In this document: in pieces, positions 48,494 through 58,682 of the stretch
How the letters are laid out: the number at the start of each line of letters is the position of its first letter
Position numbering within the stretch: the stretch's first letter is position 1
Source: a bacterium
Lineage (GTDB): Bacteria; Methylomirabilota; Methylomirabilia; CAVQYV01
Reading direction: 5' to 3'
Length of the DNA: 64,000 nt
Assembly (NCBI GenBank): GCA_043800755.1
Contig: JAZDMQ010000017.1
Span: forward strand, 34,297-98,296
Position numbers and translations under genes: made by a program
The notes under the pieces: model-generated
Database searches by the model: none
What the model saw: the letters and a program-made list of their open reading frames with translations, nothing else
Told to the model about the DNA's origin: nothing

Positions 48494-49732
48494 TTACCCT
48501 TCGAACCGCTTCAGGATCAATGAGGCATTGGTGCCACCGAAGCCGAAGGAATTGCTCAGGGCATATCGCACCTCAGCCTTTCGTGCTCGATTCGGGACAT
48601 AATCCAGGTCGCACCCCGGGTCGGGGAACTCATAATTGATGGTGGGGGGGAGGATGCCATCCTTGATGGTCAGGGCCGTGGCTGCTGCCTCAACCGCCCC
48701 CGCCGCCCCCAGCAGGTGGCCAATCATGGATTTAATCGAAGAGACGGGCAACCTGTAGGCATGGTCGCCGAAGACGGCCTTGATGGCCTGGGTCTCGGCC
48801 AGATCATTATAACCGGTGGAGGTGCCGTGGGCATTAATATAGTCGACCTCCTCCGGCCCCACCCCCGCGTCCTCCAAAGCAGAGCGCATGCAACGCACGG
48901 CCCCCTCTCCCCCCGGGGGGGTCGCGGTGATGTGATAAGCATCCCCGGACATCCCATAGCCAGAGACCTCGGCGTAAATGGGGACGCCCCGGGAGAGGGC
49001 ATGGTTCAGCTCTTCCAGAATCAGGATTCCTGCCCCCTCCCCCATCACGAATCCATCCCGCTGGGCATCGAAGGGCCTGCTTGCCATCGGGGGGTCGTCG
49101 TTGCGAGCGGAGAGGGCCCTCATGGCGGAAAATCCGGCGAGCGCCAGCGGGGTGATCGCCGATTCACAACCCCCTGCAATCATGACATCAGCAGCCCCCC
49201 GCTGGATGATCTTGAAGGAATCACCAATGGCGTGGGTGCCCGTGGCACAGGCGGTCGCCACACAGGAATTCGGGCCCTTTGCCCCCAGCCGAATGGAGAT
49301 CTGTCCGGCGGCCAGGTTGGTGATTAAGGAGGGGATGAAGTGGGGACTAATGCGACTAGGGCCGCGACTCATGAGGATCTTGTGTTGCTCCTCGATGGCC
49401 CACAGGCCTCCGATTCCGGCTCCTACCAGGACCCCTATGCGATGGCTGTTCTCGGGGGTAACCTGGAGCCTGGCGTCCTCAGCGGACATGAGACCCGCAG
49501 CCAAGCCATATTGAATGAATAGGTCCATCTTCTTGAGATCCTTCTTCTCCATGTACTGGAGGGGGTCGAATCCCTTTACCTCAGCTGCGATCCGAACGGG
49601 ATAGGAAGAGGCGTCGAAGCGGGTGATCGCTCCCACGCCAGAGATCCCTTCGCAAAGCGATTTCCAGAACTCCCGTGGGCCGATTCCCACCGGGGACACC
49701 ACTCCCACTCCAGTCACCACCACTCGCCTCAT
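48494..49732 (-). CDS. fabF: 3-oxoacyl-ACP synthase II
   Basis: 412 aa. Active-site Cys (ATACATG) and His-His pair in thiolase-fold KAS II. Confidence 0.9.
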   Translation of the reverse strand: MRRVVVTGVGVVSPVGIGPREFWKSLCEGISGVGAITRFDASSYPVRIAAEVKGFDPLQYMEKKDLKKMDLFIQYGLAAGLMSAEDARLQVTPENSHRIGVLVGAGIGGLWAIEEQHKILMSRGPSRISPHFIPSLITNLAAGQISIRLGAKGPNSCVATACATGTHAIGDSFKIIQRGAADVMIAGGCESAITPLALAGFSAMRALSARNDDPPMASRPFDAQRDGFVMGEGAGILILEELNHALSRGVPIYAEVSGYGMSGDAYHITATPPGGEGAVRCMRSALEDAGVGPEEVDYINAHGTSTGYNDLAETQAIKAVFGDHAYRLPVSSIKSMIGHLLGAAGAVEAAATALTIKDGILPPTINYEFPDPGCDLDYVPNRARKAEVRYALSNSFGFGGTNASLILKRFEG

Positions 49733-49783
49733 TCCCTTCGCGCTCCTTTCCCTTTCTCCTCGCTATCTTTTCTCCATTCGCGA

Positions 49784-50017
49784 TTAGGTATGATCCTTGA
49801 TGTAATCGATGGCATCCTTGACGGTCGCAATCTTCTCGGCATTCTCGTCAGGGATCTCAATACCAAACTCCTCCTCCAAAGCCATCACCAACTCCACGGT
49901 ATCCAAGGAATCGGCTCCCAGATCCTCGACGAACTTGGCCTGGGGTGTTACCTCGTCTCCATCCACTCCCAACTGGTCGATTATGATCTGCTTCACCTTC
50001 TCCTCTAACTCTGCCAT
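49784..50017 (-). CDS. acpP: Acyl carrier protein
   Basis: 77 aa. [21 protein letters not shown] phosphopantetheine site. Confidence 0.95.
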   Translation of the reverse strand: MAELEEKVKQIIIDQLGVDGDEVTPQAKFVEDLGADSLDTVELVMALEEEFGIEIPDENAEKIATVKDAIDYIKDHT

Positions 50018-50119
50018 AACCTACACCTCCTTGATTGATAATGATGCCGCCTCGCTCTCACTGCAACAGGAAACTTCCGCCTTCTCCTTGAAGGGACAAG
50101 GGCCACCGGATCGGGCACT

Positions 50120-50860
50120 TCACATGTACATCCCCCCGTTGATGTGGATCACCTGGCCGGTGATGTAGCTCGAGGCGTCCGAGGCGAGAAAACTCACTAC
50201 CGCGGCCACATCTCGGGGTAATCCAAATCGGCCCAGGGGGATCTGCTGCCGCATCGCATGACGGATCTGCTCCGAAAGCTTGCCGGTCATCTCGGTCTCG
50301 ATGAATCCAGGGGCTACGGCATTCACCGTAATTCCCCGAGACGCAACCTCTCGCGCTGTCGCCTTGGTTAGGCCAATCAAACCGGCCTTGGAAGCCACAT
50401 AGTTTGCCTGGCCGACATTGCCCATCGCCCCCACCACCGAGGCCATATTGATGATGCGACCGGAACGCTGCTTCATCATGGGCCGCAGCACCTCACGGGT
50501 GCAATAGAAGGCCCCCCTCAAATTCACATTCAGGACCCGATCCCAATCCTCGTCCTTCATGCGAAGCACGAGTGAATCCCTCGCAATGCCTGCATTGTTG
50601 ACCAGGATATCGACCTGACCCCATGCCCCCAACACCTCTTTGACCATTCCCTCGACCTCTGAGGACGAAGCAACATCAGCCCGGAGGGCAAGGGTCTTCC
50701 CCCCCTGGCCCGACATCTCCTGGGCTGCACCCTGGACGCCTGGCCCGCTGATATCGCATAGCGCCAGATCCGCCCCTGCAGCCGCCAGCGATTCGCAGAT
50801 CGCCTTTCCAATTCCCTGGGCCGCGCCGGTTACAATCGCCACTCTTCCCTTCAAGCTCAT
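50120..50860 (-). CDS. fabG: 3-oxoacyl-ACP reductase
   Basis: SDR motifs TGAAQGIGKA, NNAG and YVASKAG. Position between fabD and acpP. Confidence 0.9.
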   Translation of the reverse strand: MSLKGRVAIVTGAAQGIGKAICESLAAAGADLALCDISGPGVQGAAQEMSGQGGKTLALRADVASSSEVEGMVKEVLGAWGQVDILVNNAGIARDSLVLRMKDEDWDRVLNVNLRGAFYCTREVLRPMMKQRSGRIINMASVVGAMGNVGQANYVASKAGLIGLTKATAREVASRGITVNAVAPGFIETEMTGKLSEQIRHAMRQQIPLGRFGLPRDVAAVVSFLASDASSYITGQVIHINGGMYM

Positions 50861-51807
50861 CTCTGCCTTCCCCCGAGGGCCTCTATGGTCGACCTCAGGC
50901 TCTGCTCATCCTCCACATTCCGGAGGGTAGCTTCCTTCGCTATCCTCTTGATCAGGCCCGAGAGGACCGTTCCTGGGCCGACTTCCACAAAGGTATCGAC
51001 ACCTTGGTCTTGAAGGGTCCCTATCGAATCCTCCCAGAGCACCGGGGAGCTTGCCTGGCGCAGCAAGGCAGAGCGAATGGTAGCCGTCGAGGAGGTCAAC
51101 TGGGCATCCACATTGGTGACCAGGGGGATCTTGGGATCGGCGACCTCCGTTTGGGCCAGGATCTCCCCCAGCCTTTCCCCGGCAGGCTTCATCAACCGGC
51201 AGTGAAACGGGGCGCTCACCGGCAATGAGACCGCCCTTCTGGCGCCATGTTGCTTCGCCGCCTTCACCGCCCGCTCCACCGCCTCGGCCTCCCCGGAGAT
51301 GACGATCTGACCGGGGGAATTGAGATTGGCAATCTCCACCACCTGCCCCTCCTGAGCCTCTTCGCAAATCCTCGCCACGGCCTCCCTCTCCATCCCCAGA
51401 ATGGCCGCCATCGCGCCCCTGCCGAGAGGAACTGCCTCCTGCATGAACTCTCCCCGCTTCCGGACCAGATGGAGAGCATCGGCAAAACGAAGGGATCCGC
51501 CGGCCACCAAGGCGGAATACTCGCCCAGGCTGTGCCCGGCCACGAAATCGGGCCTTATTCCACTCTCCTCCAACAGGCGAAAGGCAATCACGCTGCAAAG
51601 GAGGAGGGCAGGCTGTGTATTGGCAGTCATCTTCAGCGCCTCTTCCGGACCATAAAGGCAAAGCTGGCGCATATCAATCCCCAGGGCCTCTTCCGCTTCG
51701 CGGAAATGATCTTTCGCCAAGGGGTATCTCTCCTCGAACTCCTTGCCCATGCCCACATACTGCGATCCTTGGCCGGGAAAGACAAAGGCGATTCTCTTCA
51801 TGGTCAA
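50857..51807 (-). CDS. fabD: Malonyl-CoA:ACP transacylase
   Basis: GHSLGEYSALV active-site block; 316 aa. Confidence 0.9.
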   Translation of the reverse strand: MTMKRIAFVFPGQGSQYVGMGKEFEERYPLAKDHFREAEEALGIDMRQLCLYGPEEALKMTANTQPALLLCSVIAFRLLEESGIRPDFVAGHSLGEYSALVAGGSLRFADALHLVRKRGEFMQEAVPLGRGAMAAILGMEREAVARICEEAQEGQVVEIANLNSPGQIVISGEAEAVERAVKAAKQHGARRAVSLPVSAPFHCRLMKPAGERLGEILAQTEVADPKIPLVTNVDAQLTSSTATIRSALLRQASSPVLWEDSIGTLQDQGVDTFVEVGPGTVLSGLIKRIAKEATLRNVEDEQSLRSTIEALGGRQR

Positions 51808-52961
51808 CGGGACCCCGCCGCCTCTTTAATGAGCTGCAAAGCGATCACATTCCGCTGGATCTGATTGGTACCCTCATAGATCTGGGTGATCTTGGCGTCC
51901 CGCATCATCTTCTCTACGGGATAATCCCGCATATATCCATACCCACCCAGGATCTGCACCGCATCGGTGCAGACTTTCATCGCCATATCCGAGGCAAATA
52001 GCTTGGCCATGGAGGACTCTTTGGAGATATTCTTCGGCCCGGAATCAACATAGCGGGCCACGGCATAGACCAAGGCCCTCGCCGCCTCCACCTGAGTGGC
52101 CATGTCGGCCAACATGTGCTGGATCGCCTGGAAGGAGACAATGGCCTGGTTAAACTGTACCCGCTGTCGCGCATAAGCGATCGCCTCGTCCAGCGCGCCC
52201 TGCGCAATCCCCACCGCCTGCGCGCCGATTCCCGTCCTCGAATTATCCACGGTCTTCATCGCCACGATGAAGCCCAGCCCCTCCTTCCCCAGGAGTTGTC
52301 CCTTGGGGATCCGGCAGTCCTCAAAAATCAACTCGCGGGTGGCAGAAGCCCGGATTCCTAACTTCTTCTCCTTCTTACCAAAGGAGAATCCCGGGGTCCC
52401 TTTCTCTACAATGAACGCGGAGGCCCCTCTTGTGCCTTTAGACCTGTCGGTCATGGCAATGATGGTATAGATATGGGCCTCTCCTCCATTGGTGATCCAC
52501 TGCTTCGTCCCGTTCAAGACATACTCATGGCCATTCCATTGGGCCGTGGTCTGGATTCCGCCGGCGTCCGATCCTGCATTCGGCTCGGTCAGGCCAAAAG
52601 CAGCCAGCTTCTCGCCGCTGGCGATCTCGGGAATGAATCTCTTCTTCTGTTCCTCGCTGCCGAAGAGCAAAATGGGATAGCAGCCGAGCGCGCTTGCCGC
52701 ATAGGAGACGGCCACGCCGCTGCAGACACGGCTAAGCTCTTCGGTCACCAGGCAGAGCTCCAGGACGCCTCCCCCCAGTCCGCCATACTCCTCTGGCACA
52801 TAGACCCCGAAGAGGCCTACCTCGGCCAAGACCTTGAGGATCTCCGTGGGGAATTCCTCTTTCTCGTCCAGGTCAGCCCTTGCCGGTAGGACCTTCTCCC
52901 GGGCAATCTTCTCGGTCAGTACCCGAATTTCTCTCTGAGTATCGCTCAAAAAGTAATCCAT
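51804..52961 (-). CDS. Acyl-CoA dehydrogenase
   Basis: 385 aa. ACAD N-terminal, middle and C-terminal domains (catalytic Glu region YEGTNQIQRNVIA). Confidence 0.85.
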   Translation of the reverse strand: MDYFLSDTQREIRVLTEKIAREKVLPARADLDEKEEFPTEILKVLAEVGLFGVYVPEEYGGLGGGVLELCLVTEELSRVCSGVAVSYAASALGCYPILLFGSEEQKKRFIPEIASGEKLAAFGLTEPNAGSDAGGIQTTAQWNGHEYVLNGTKQWITNGGEAHIYTIIAMTDRSKGTRGASAFIVEKGTPGFSFGKKEKKLGIRASATRELIFEDCRIPKGQLLGKEGLGFIVAMKTVDNSRTGIGAQAVGIAQGALDEAIAYARQRVQFNQAIVSFQAIQHMLADMATQVEAARALVYAVARYVDSGPKNISKESSMAKLFASDMAMKVCTDAVQILGGYGYMRDYPVEKMMRDAKITQIYEGTNQIQRNVIALQLIKEAAGSR

Positions 52962-53102
52962 TCCTCTTCCTCTTTTCCACGCCTCAAGGGCTCAGTTGCC
53001 CTGCGCTGAACTCCAATTGAAGCAGCACCGGGGCAAAAAATACTTGACTTCACTGGACGACTTCCGGCAAGGGAAAGGAATCACCTCGGACCCTCCCGCG
53101 CC

Positions 53103-54083
53103 CTACCATCGAATCACTGCAGAGGCCCAGGTCATCCCTCCTCCGAAAGAGGAGAGGAGGAGCAGATCCTTTGCCTTCACGCGGCCGCTCATCACCGCCT
53201 CGTCCAAGGCCAGCGGGATCGAGGCCGCAGAGGTATTTCCATGTCTTTCCAGGGTAAGGTAAACCCTCTCCAGGGGGAAATCCAGGCGAGAGGCCACCGC
53301 CTGGATAATGCGATAATTGGCCTGATGGGGGATGAAGAGATCGATCTGGGAGGCATCCAATCCGTTATGGGAGAGGGCCTCCCGACAGGCTTGCTCCAAA
53401 GACCGCACCGCCACCTTGAAGGTCTCATTTCCGTTCATCTTGATGAAGTGCAGCCCCTGGCGAAGGGACCTCTCGCTGGTCGGGTTGCGGGATCCGCCAC
53501 CCGGAAGGTTCAAGAGTGCCGAGAGACTCCCATCTGAAAAGAGATGGGTGGAAAGAAGCCCGGCCTCTCCCTCCTCCCTCCTCAACACCACTGCCCCTGC
53601 CCCATCTCCAAAGAGGACACAGGTATTTCGGTCCTTCCAATCTGTCACCTTGGTCAGGGTCTCCGCTCCGATCAACAGGATATGCTTAAAGGCCCCGGAC
53701 CGAAGGTAGGAGTCCGCAATGGAAAGCCCGAAAATGAAGCCAGAACAGGCCGCCGCGATGTCGAAGGCCGCAGCGTGCTCTGCCCCTATCTTGTCCTGAA
53801 TGAAACAGGCCGTGGACGGGAAAAACATGTCGGGGGTAATGGTGGCCACCAGGATCAGATCGATCTCCTCGGGCTTCAGACCTGCTCGCTTTAGGGCCTC
53901 CTGGGCGGCCGCAGCCCCCAGATCAGAGGAGGCCTCCGATTCCGAGGAAATGTGGCGCTCCGCGATGCCGGTGCGGCTGCGGATCCACTCATCGCTCGTA
54001 TCGACCATCTTCTCCAAATCGAAATTACTCAAGACCCTTTCGGGCACATAGGATCCGGTCGCGATGATCTTGGTCTGATACAT
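53103..54083 (-). CDS. fabH: 3-oxoacyl-ACP synthase III
   Basis: 326 aa. Cys-His-Asn triad context (AAACSGF; HQAN; SFGGG). Confidence 0.9.
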   Translation of the reverse strand: MYQTKIIATGSYVPERVLSNFDLEKMVDTSDEWIRSRTGIAERHISSESEASSDLGAAAAQEALKRAGLKPEEIDLILVATITPDMFFPSTACFIQDKIGAEHAAAFDIAAACSGFIFGLSIADSYLRSGAFKHILLIGAETLTKVTDWKDRNTCVLFGDGAGAVVLRREEGEAGLLSTHLFSDGSLSALLNLPGGGSRNPTSERSLRQGLHFIKMNGNETFKVAVRSLEQACREALSHNGLDASQIDLFIPHQANYRIIQAVASRLDFPLERVYLTLERHGNTSAASIPLALDEAVMSGRVKAKDLLLLSSFGGGMTWASAVIRW

Positions 54084-54103
54084 GTAAAGTGAATTGCCCC
54101 TCT

Positions 54104-55180
54104 TTAGCCGTTAGCCGATGGCTTCATCTTTAGGCTACGGTGAACTCCCTCCCGGATATGGGCCAGGAGATGATTTTCCGCGGACTCGCCCGCCACCCGC
54201 AAGGCGTTCTTGATTGCCTTGGCCGTAGACCTTCCGTGGCTGATGATGCACACCCCATTAACCCCCAGTAGGGGGGCCCCTCCGTACTCCGAGTAATCCA
54301 CCCTTCTCTTGAATCGTTTAAAGGCTGAGCGCGTCAACAAATAGCCCAATTTGCTGGTCAGGGTCTTGGAGAGCTCTTCCTGCAATAAAGCCCCGATCAT
54401 CTCCGCCAGGCTCTCGCTGAACTTGAGGGCCACATTGCCGGTGAAGCCGTCGCATACCACCACATCCACATTTCCACTGAACAGATCCCTGCCTTCAACC
54501 ATCCCCACAAAAATGAGGGAAGTCTCCTCCTCTAAGGCCTTGAAGGCCTCTTTGGTCAATTCATTCCCTTTGGTCTCCTCTTCGCCAATGCTCAACAAGC
54601 CCACCCGCGGCTTCTTCTTGCCCAGGATATCCTTCGCATAAATGTTGCCCATGATGGCGAACTGCAAGAGCTGCCTGGACTTGCAGTCCACGGTAGCGCC
54701 CACATCCAGCAAGACACAGTTGTCCTGCAGGGTGGGCATGACAGCGGCGATCGCCGGCCTCTCCACCTCAGGGAGGTTTCCCAGGATTACCATGGCCGTC
54801 GCCATGACCGCCCCGGTGTTTCCGGCGCTGACGAAGGCCACTGCCTCCCCTCGCTTCACCAGCTCAATTCCCACTCGGATGGAGGAATCCTTTTTCCGGC
54901 GCAGCGCGACTGAGGCGGACTCCTCCATCTCTACCACCTCCGAGGCCTCCTGAATCCTGAGACGGAGAGAAGGAGAGGCCTTGTGCCGGTAAAGCTCCTC
55001 TTCAACCTTCTCCTTTCTCCCCACCAGGATGACCGAGTCTCTATATTCCTGGAGAAAGGATAGGGCCCCTTCAACTACCGGCGCACAGCCTCTATCCCCT
55101 CCCATGGCGTCAACTGCGATTGTTGGCATCTCTTTCTGATCCAAACCGGAAGGGAAATCAATTAGGGCTCCCTGCCGCAT
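54104..55180 (-). CDS. plsX: Phosphate acyltransferase
   Basis: 358 aa. IAVDAMGGD start typical of PlsX. Confidence 0.9.
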   Translation of the reverse strand: MRQGALIDFPSGLDQKEMPTIAVDAMGGDRGCAPVVEGALSFLQEYRDSVILVGRKEKVEEELYRHKASPSLRLRIQEASEVVEMEESASVALRRKKDSSIRVGIELVKRGEAVAFVSAGNTGAVMATAMVILGNLPEVERPAIAAVMPTLQDNCVLLDVGATVDCKSRQLLQFAIMGNIYAKDILGKKKPRVGLLSIGEEETKGNELTKEAFKALEEETSLIFVGMVEGRDLFSGNVDVVVCDGFTGNVALKFSESLAEMIGALLQEELSKTLTSKLGYLLTRSAFKRFKRRVDYSEYGGAPLLGVNGVCIISHGRSTAKAIKNALRVAGESAENHLLAHIREGVHRSLKMKPSANG

Positions 55181-55366
55181 CTATTCCTTGCTCTTGCTCT
55201 TGACGACCTGGCGTCCACGGTAGTACCCGCAATGAGGGCAAGCGCGGTGAGGGAGCTTCGGTTCATGACATTGAGGGCAGGCCGAGGCATTGGGGATGGT
55301 GAGGGCATCGTGTGCCCTTCTTTTTCCCGAGCGGGAATTCGAATGTCGGCGTTTTGGCAGTGGCAT
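55181..55366 (-). CDS. rpmF: 50S ribosomal protein L32
   Basis: MPLPKRRHSNSRSGKRRAHDAL..CPQCHEPKLPHRACPHCGYY. Confidence 0.9.
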   Translation of the reverse strand: MPLPKRRHSNSRSGKRRAHDALTIPNASACPQCHEPKLPHRACPHCGYYRGRQVVKSKSKE

Positions 55367-55405
55367 CTCTTTCTCTTTCCTTTCCTTACCTAAAGAATCA
55401 GAGGA

Positions 55406-55984
55406 TCATTTCTCCTTGGAGGGCATCTTTTGGCGAAGGACCTCCAAGGGTTGAAATCGGGATTCAACCTGGACCCTGGAACAGGCGCAGGTGCCCTCGT
55501 TGAGGTCCCTCCCGCAACAGGGGCATAAGCCCTTGCAGGTCTCCGAGCAGAGGGGTTGCATGGGGAGGGAGAGGTAGAGGTTCTCCCGGATGATCTCATC
55601 CAGATCGATCTCATCCCCCTGCAGAAAGGTGACCTCCAACTCCTCGGGCGAAACCTCCATCTTTTCAGGGAATTTCAAGCCCGGGGAGGGAAGGCCCAGG
55701 AAATCGAAACTCTCCTTCACCGGGAGGGAGAAGGCCTTGAAGCAGCGGCTGCAATGGATACCCATCCTGGCAGAGACCTCACCCGTAATGTGGAGTTTTC
55801 TCTCTTCCCACTCCAGGTGGAGACTGGCCCGCACCTGTTGCAGCGGGATGGATTCCCCTGCCTCCTCCAGCACCAAGTCTGGCCTTTCGAGATCGAAATC
55901 AAGGCCATCCTCGGTAATTTGATGGATATTGACCAGCATCCCGATCCCCTTTAAAGATGCGGCATTATACTTGCCAACCCCCAC
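55406..55984 (-). CDS. yceD: YceD/DUF177 family protein (23S rRNA accumulation)
   Basis: 192 aa. C-terminal CxxC...CxxC pairs. Conserved position upstream of rpmF. Confidence 0.75.
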   Translation of the reverse strand: MGVGKYNAASLKGIGMLVNIHQITEDGLDFDLERPDLVLEEAGESIPLQQVRASLHLEWEERKLHITGEVSARMGIHCSRCFKAFSLPVKESFDFLGLPSPGLKFPEKMEVSPEELEVTFLQGDEIDLDEIIRENLYLSLPMQPLCSETCKGLCPCCGRDLNEGTCACSRVQVESRFQPLEVLRQKMPSKEK

Positions 55985-55998
55985 CTTGTCAAGGGAAA

Positions 55999-56448
55999 TT
56001 ACCCCCCAGCCCCTTCGCCCTGCGATGCGGGGACGATCTCCAATTCGTTGAAAAAAAAGGCGATTTCTATGGCTGCCGAGGGGGCAGAATCGGAACCATG
56101 AACGGCATTTCTCCCGACATTGGTCCCCATGTGGTGGCGAATGGTGCCCTCCTCGGCCTGGAGCGGATCAGTGGCCCCTATCAGTCTCCTGACCCGGGAG
56201 ACGGCCTCCTTCCCCTCCAAGGCCATGGCCACAATGGGTCCGGAGGCGATGAAATCAATCAGATCCTGATAGAAGGGTTTACCTTCGTGCACCCGGTAAA
56301 ACCTGGCGCCCTCAGACCGGCTCAAGGCAACCATCTTCAAACCTACTACCATTAGGCCTCCGTCCTCGAAACGGCGAATCACCTCCCCGATCTGGTTGCG
56401 CCCCACCGCATCTGGCTTGATTAACACCAGTGTCCTCTCCATACTCAT
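55999..56448 (-). CDS. ndk: Nucleoside diphosphate kinase
   Basis: ERTLVLIKPDAV...NAVHGSD. Confidence 0.95.
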   Translation of the reverse strand: MSMERTLVLIKPDAVGRNQIGEVIRRFEDGGLMVVGLKMVALSRSEGARFYRVHEGKPFYQDLIDFIASGPIVAMALEGKEAVSRVRRLIGATDPLQAEEGTIRHHMGTNVGRNAVHGSDSAPSAAIEIAFFFNELEIVPASQGEGAGG

Positions 56449-56467
56449 TCCTCACCCCCGGGATTGC

Positions 56468-57268
56468 TCAATGGTCCCAGCCCTCGATCAGAGAGAGGAC
56501 CGAATCCGCCATCTGGATATGCCCGTAGCCGAGCCTCTTCCTCTGATCGAAGATCAGGAAAAGCCTCTCCTTCAGCTCGGGGAGGCAAGAAAACCCCTCG
56601 GCTTTTTTCCGAATATACTTCCAGAACTTCGGATTCTCCTTCTCTTGTTCAAAGAGAATGAAGACATGCCGCACATCGTAGCTCAGGTCATTGGAAGAGA
56701 GGAGGTCGGCTTCCAGCCGAGGGGAGAGGACTTTCTCGATGAACATGTCCCAGGGATGGGCAACCGGAAGTTCGATGTGGATCTCCCTTCCCTCATAGCT
56801 GACCTTCTCCTCAAAATTCCCCTCTCGATCGACGGTGGTCTTATGGAAGAAGTACCACTTGGCCCGGGAGAAGTAGTCGACATTGATCCATCGCGCATTG
56901 AAGCCCCAAGCGGTATGGAAACTGATGATGGTCTCGGAGTCGCAGAACTCCTCCTCCATGGAAACCACATCCAGGACCGGACTTTTGGGCAAGGCCATGA
57001 ATTTGTAGATGGAGAACTTGTCCTTAAAGAGGAGATCGATATCCCACAAAACCCGATGCTGCAGCCTCCCCCGCATCAATAGGGATAGGCCCCCCACCAG
57101 GACGAAGGTATCCTGCAGGAGGCGCAACCGGGAAAGCTCCTCCAGGACCAGGAGCATGTTGAGGCGATACTTGGCATGGACAAAGAGATACCAAGGCTTC
57201 TCGGCTTCAGGCGGCATGACGTAGGCAGCTGGTGCCCATAGGCACGGATGAAGTGAGAGGCAAATCAA
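56468..57268 (-). CDS. Hypothetical protein with minimal nucleotidyltransferase-like motif
   Basis: 266 aa. FVLVGGLSLLMRGRLQHRVLWDIDLLF fits the hG[GS]...[DE]h[DE]h NTase signature. 4-nt overlap with korG upstream and close to ndk downstream. Confidence 0.4.
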   Translation of the reverse strand: MICLSLHPCLWAPAAYVMPPEAEKPWYLFVHAKYRLNMLLVLEELSRLRLLQDTFVLVGGLSLLMRGRLQHRVLWDIDLLFKDKFSIYKFMALPKSPVLDVVSMEEEFCDSETIISFHTAWGFNARWINVDYFSRAKWYFFHKTTVDREGNFEEKVSYEGREIHIELPVAHPWDMFIEKVLSPRLEADLLSSNDLSYDVRHVFILFEQEKENPKFWKYIRKKAEGFSCLPELKERLFLIFDQRKRLGYGHIQMADSVLSLIEGWDH

Positions 57269-57915
57269 GCATTCTCCGCTCCCTTGGCCCTGGCGGCCAT
57301 CTCGAAACCAGCGGCCAAGGCCCGAAGATTGAGATCCTCTGTCCCCTTAGGAACCCGGGCCATGAGGGCCTTTTCCATTGCCTCTTTCGACACGACCCCG
57401 GAGAGACCGATGATCGCCCCCAGGGCTATGATGTTCGCCACAATCACCTTGCCGATCTGATCCCTTGCGGTCTCAATGATGGGCAAACGGAAGACCTGGA
57501 ATTCTTTCTTCGGGACCTTCTCGACCGCGAAGGAATCGACAACCAGGGTGCCCCCCTTCTTCAGCTCGCCCGCGTATCTGTCGCAGGCCTCCTGGGTGAG
57601 GGCCAACAACAGATCAATCTCTGTCGCCTTGGGATAGTCGATCTCCTCATCGCTGATGATAACCTCCGACTTGCAGGCCCCTCCCCTTGCCTCGGGCCCA
57701 TAGGACTGGGTTTGAATGGCATTCTTGTCATCATAGATCGCCGCCGCCTCGGCCAGGACCACCCCGGCCAGGATCAGCCCCTGGCCCCCCTCGCCGCTCA
57801 GCCTGACTTCATATCGCTTCCCCATACCTTCCTCCGACCTCTTCCGAAATGTGCTCAGGAAGGGGTACTCGTCATCCCCTGGGCCCGAGCCATGATCTTT
57901 TCGTATTCCTGGCAA
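57265..57915 (-). CDS. 2-oxoacid:ferredoxin oxidoreductase gamma subunit
   Basis: 216 aa. POR/KOR gamma family (GQGLILAGVVLAEAA). Confidence 0.85.
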   Translation of the reverse strand: MPGIRKDHGSGPGDDEYPFLSTFRKRSEEGMGKRYEVRLSGEGGQGLILAGVVLAEAAAIYDDKNAIQTQSYGPEARGGACKSEVIISDEEIDYPKATEIDLLLALTQEACDRYAGELKKGGTLVVDSFAVEKVPKKEFQVFRLPIIETARDQIGKVIVANIIALGAIIGLSGVVSKEAMEKALMARVPKGTEDLNLRALAAGFEMAARAKGAENA

Positions 57916-58682
57916 TACTCCGGCCTCTCCCGAGAGAACAGGACCCCGGTGACTAACTTTCCTGCCAGCTCCTCCGGGCTCAGTTTTTCTGCTGCCTTGA
58001 CCCCTATGGCATTATCCCTCTGCCACTTCAGCATGGAGACCGGATCCCCCGATCGATTCCTCCGGCCATAGACGGTGGGACATTGGACCAGGACCTCGAC
58101 CAGAGAAAAGCCCGGGTTCCGCATCCCCTGTTCGATGAGCTTGTCCAGCTGGGTGGCGTGATAGGCAGTCCCCCGGGCCACAAAGCTGGCACCGCTCGCC
58201 TCTGCTAACTTACAGATATCAAAGGGCGTCTCGATATTGCCGTAGGGTGCGGTGCTGGCGAACTGCCCTCGGGGCGTGGTAGGCGAGTACTGGCCCCCAG
58301 TCATCCCATAAATGAGATTGTTGAAGAGGATGCAGGTCAGATCGATATTCCGGCGGGCCGCATGAATGAAGTGATTGCCGCCGATCGCCAGGGCATCCCC
58401 ATCCCCACTGATGACGATCACCGTCATCTTCGGCCTGGCCAGCTTCACCCCGGTGGCAAAGGCCAGGGCACGGCCATGAGTGGTATGCAGGGTATTGAAA
58501 TCCACATAGCCGGGGAGGCGGCTGGAGCAGCCGATCCCGGAGATCATGCAGAGGTCGTCTTTAGGAAGCTGAAGCCGGTCAATTGCCCGCAGCAAAGCCT
58601 TGAGCACCATGCCGTCGCCGCAGCCGGCGCACCAGATATTGGGAAACATGGGCAGGCGAAGATACTTATGATAAATGCTCAT
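57855..58682 (-). CDS. 2-oxoacid:ferredoxin oxidoreductase beta subunit (TPP-binding)
   Basis: CxGCG N-terminal Cys and GDG..N TPP motif (ISGDGDALAIGGNHF). Start set at MSIYHKY (ATGA overlap with alpha); the track ORF extends to 58835. Confidence 0.85.
   Translation of the reverse strand: MSIYHKYLRLPMFPNIWCAGCGDGMVLKALLRAIDRLQLPKDDLCMISGIGCSSRLPGYVDFNTLHTTHGRALAFATGVKLARPKMTVIVISGDGDALAIGGNHFIHAARRNIDLTCILFNNLIYGMTGGQYSPTTPRGQFASTAPYGNIETPFDICKLAEASGASFVARGTAYHATQLDKLIEQGMRNPGFSLVEVLVQCPTVYGRRNRSGDPVSMLKWQRDNAIGVKAAEKLSPEELAGKLVTGVLFSRERPEYCQEYEKIMARAQGMTSTPS

Noticed and set aside
56468-57268. AbiEii-type toxin of an abortive-infection pair
   Set aside because: No AbiEi-like antitoxin or transcriptional regulator lies upstream. 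The gene is translationally coupled inside a central-metabolism operon.
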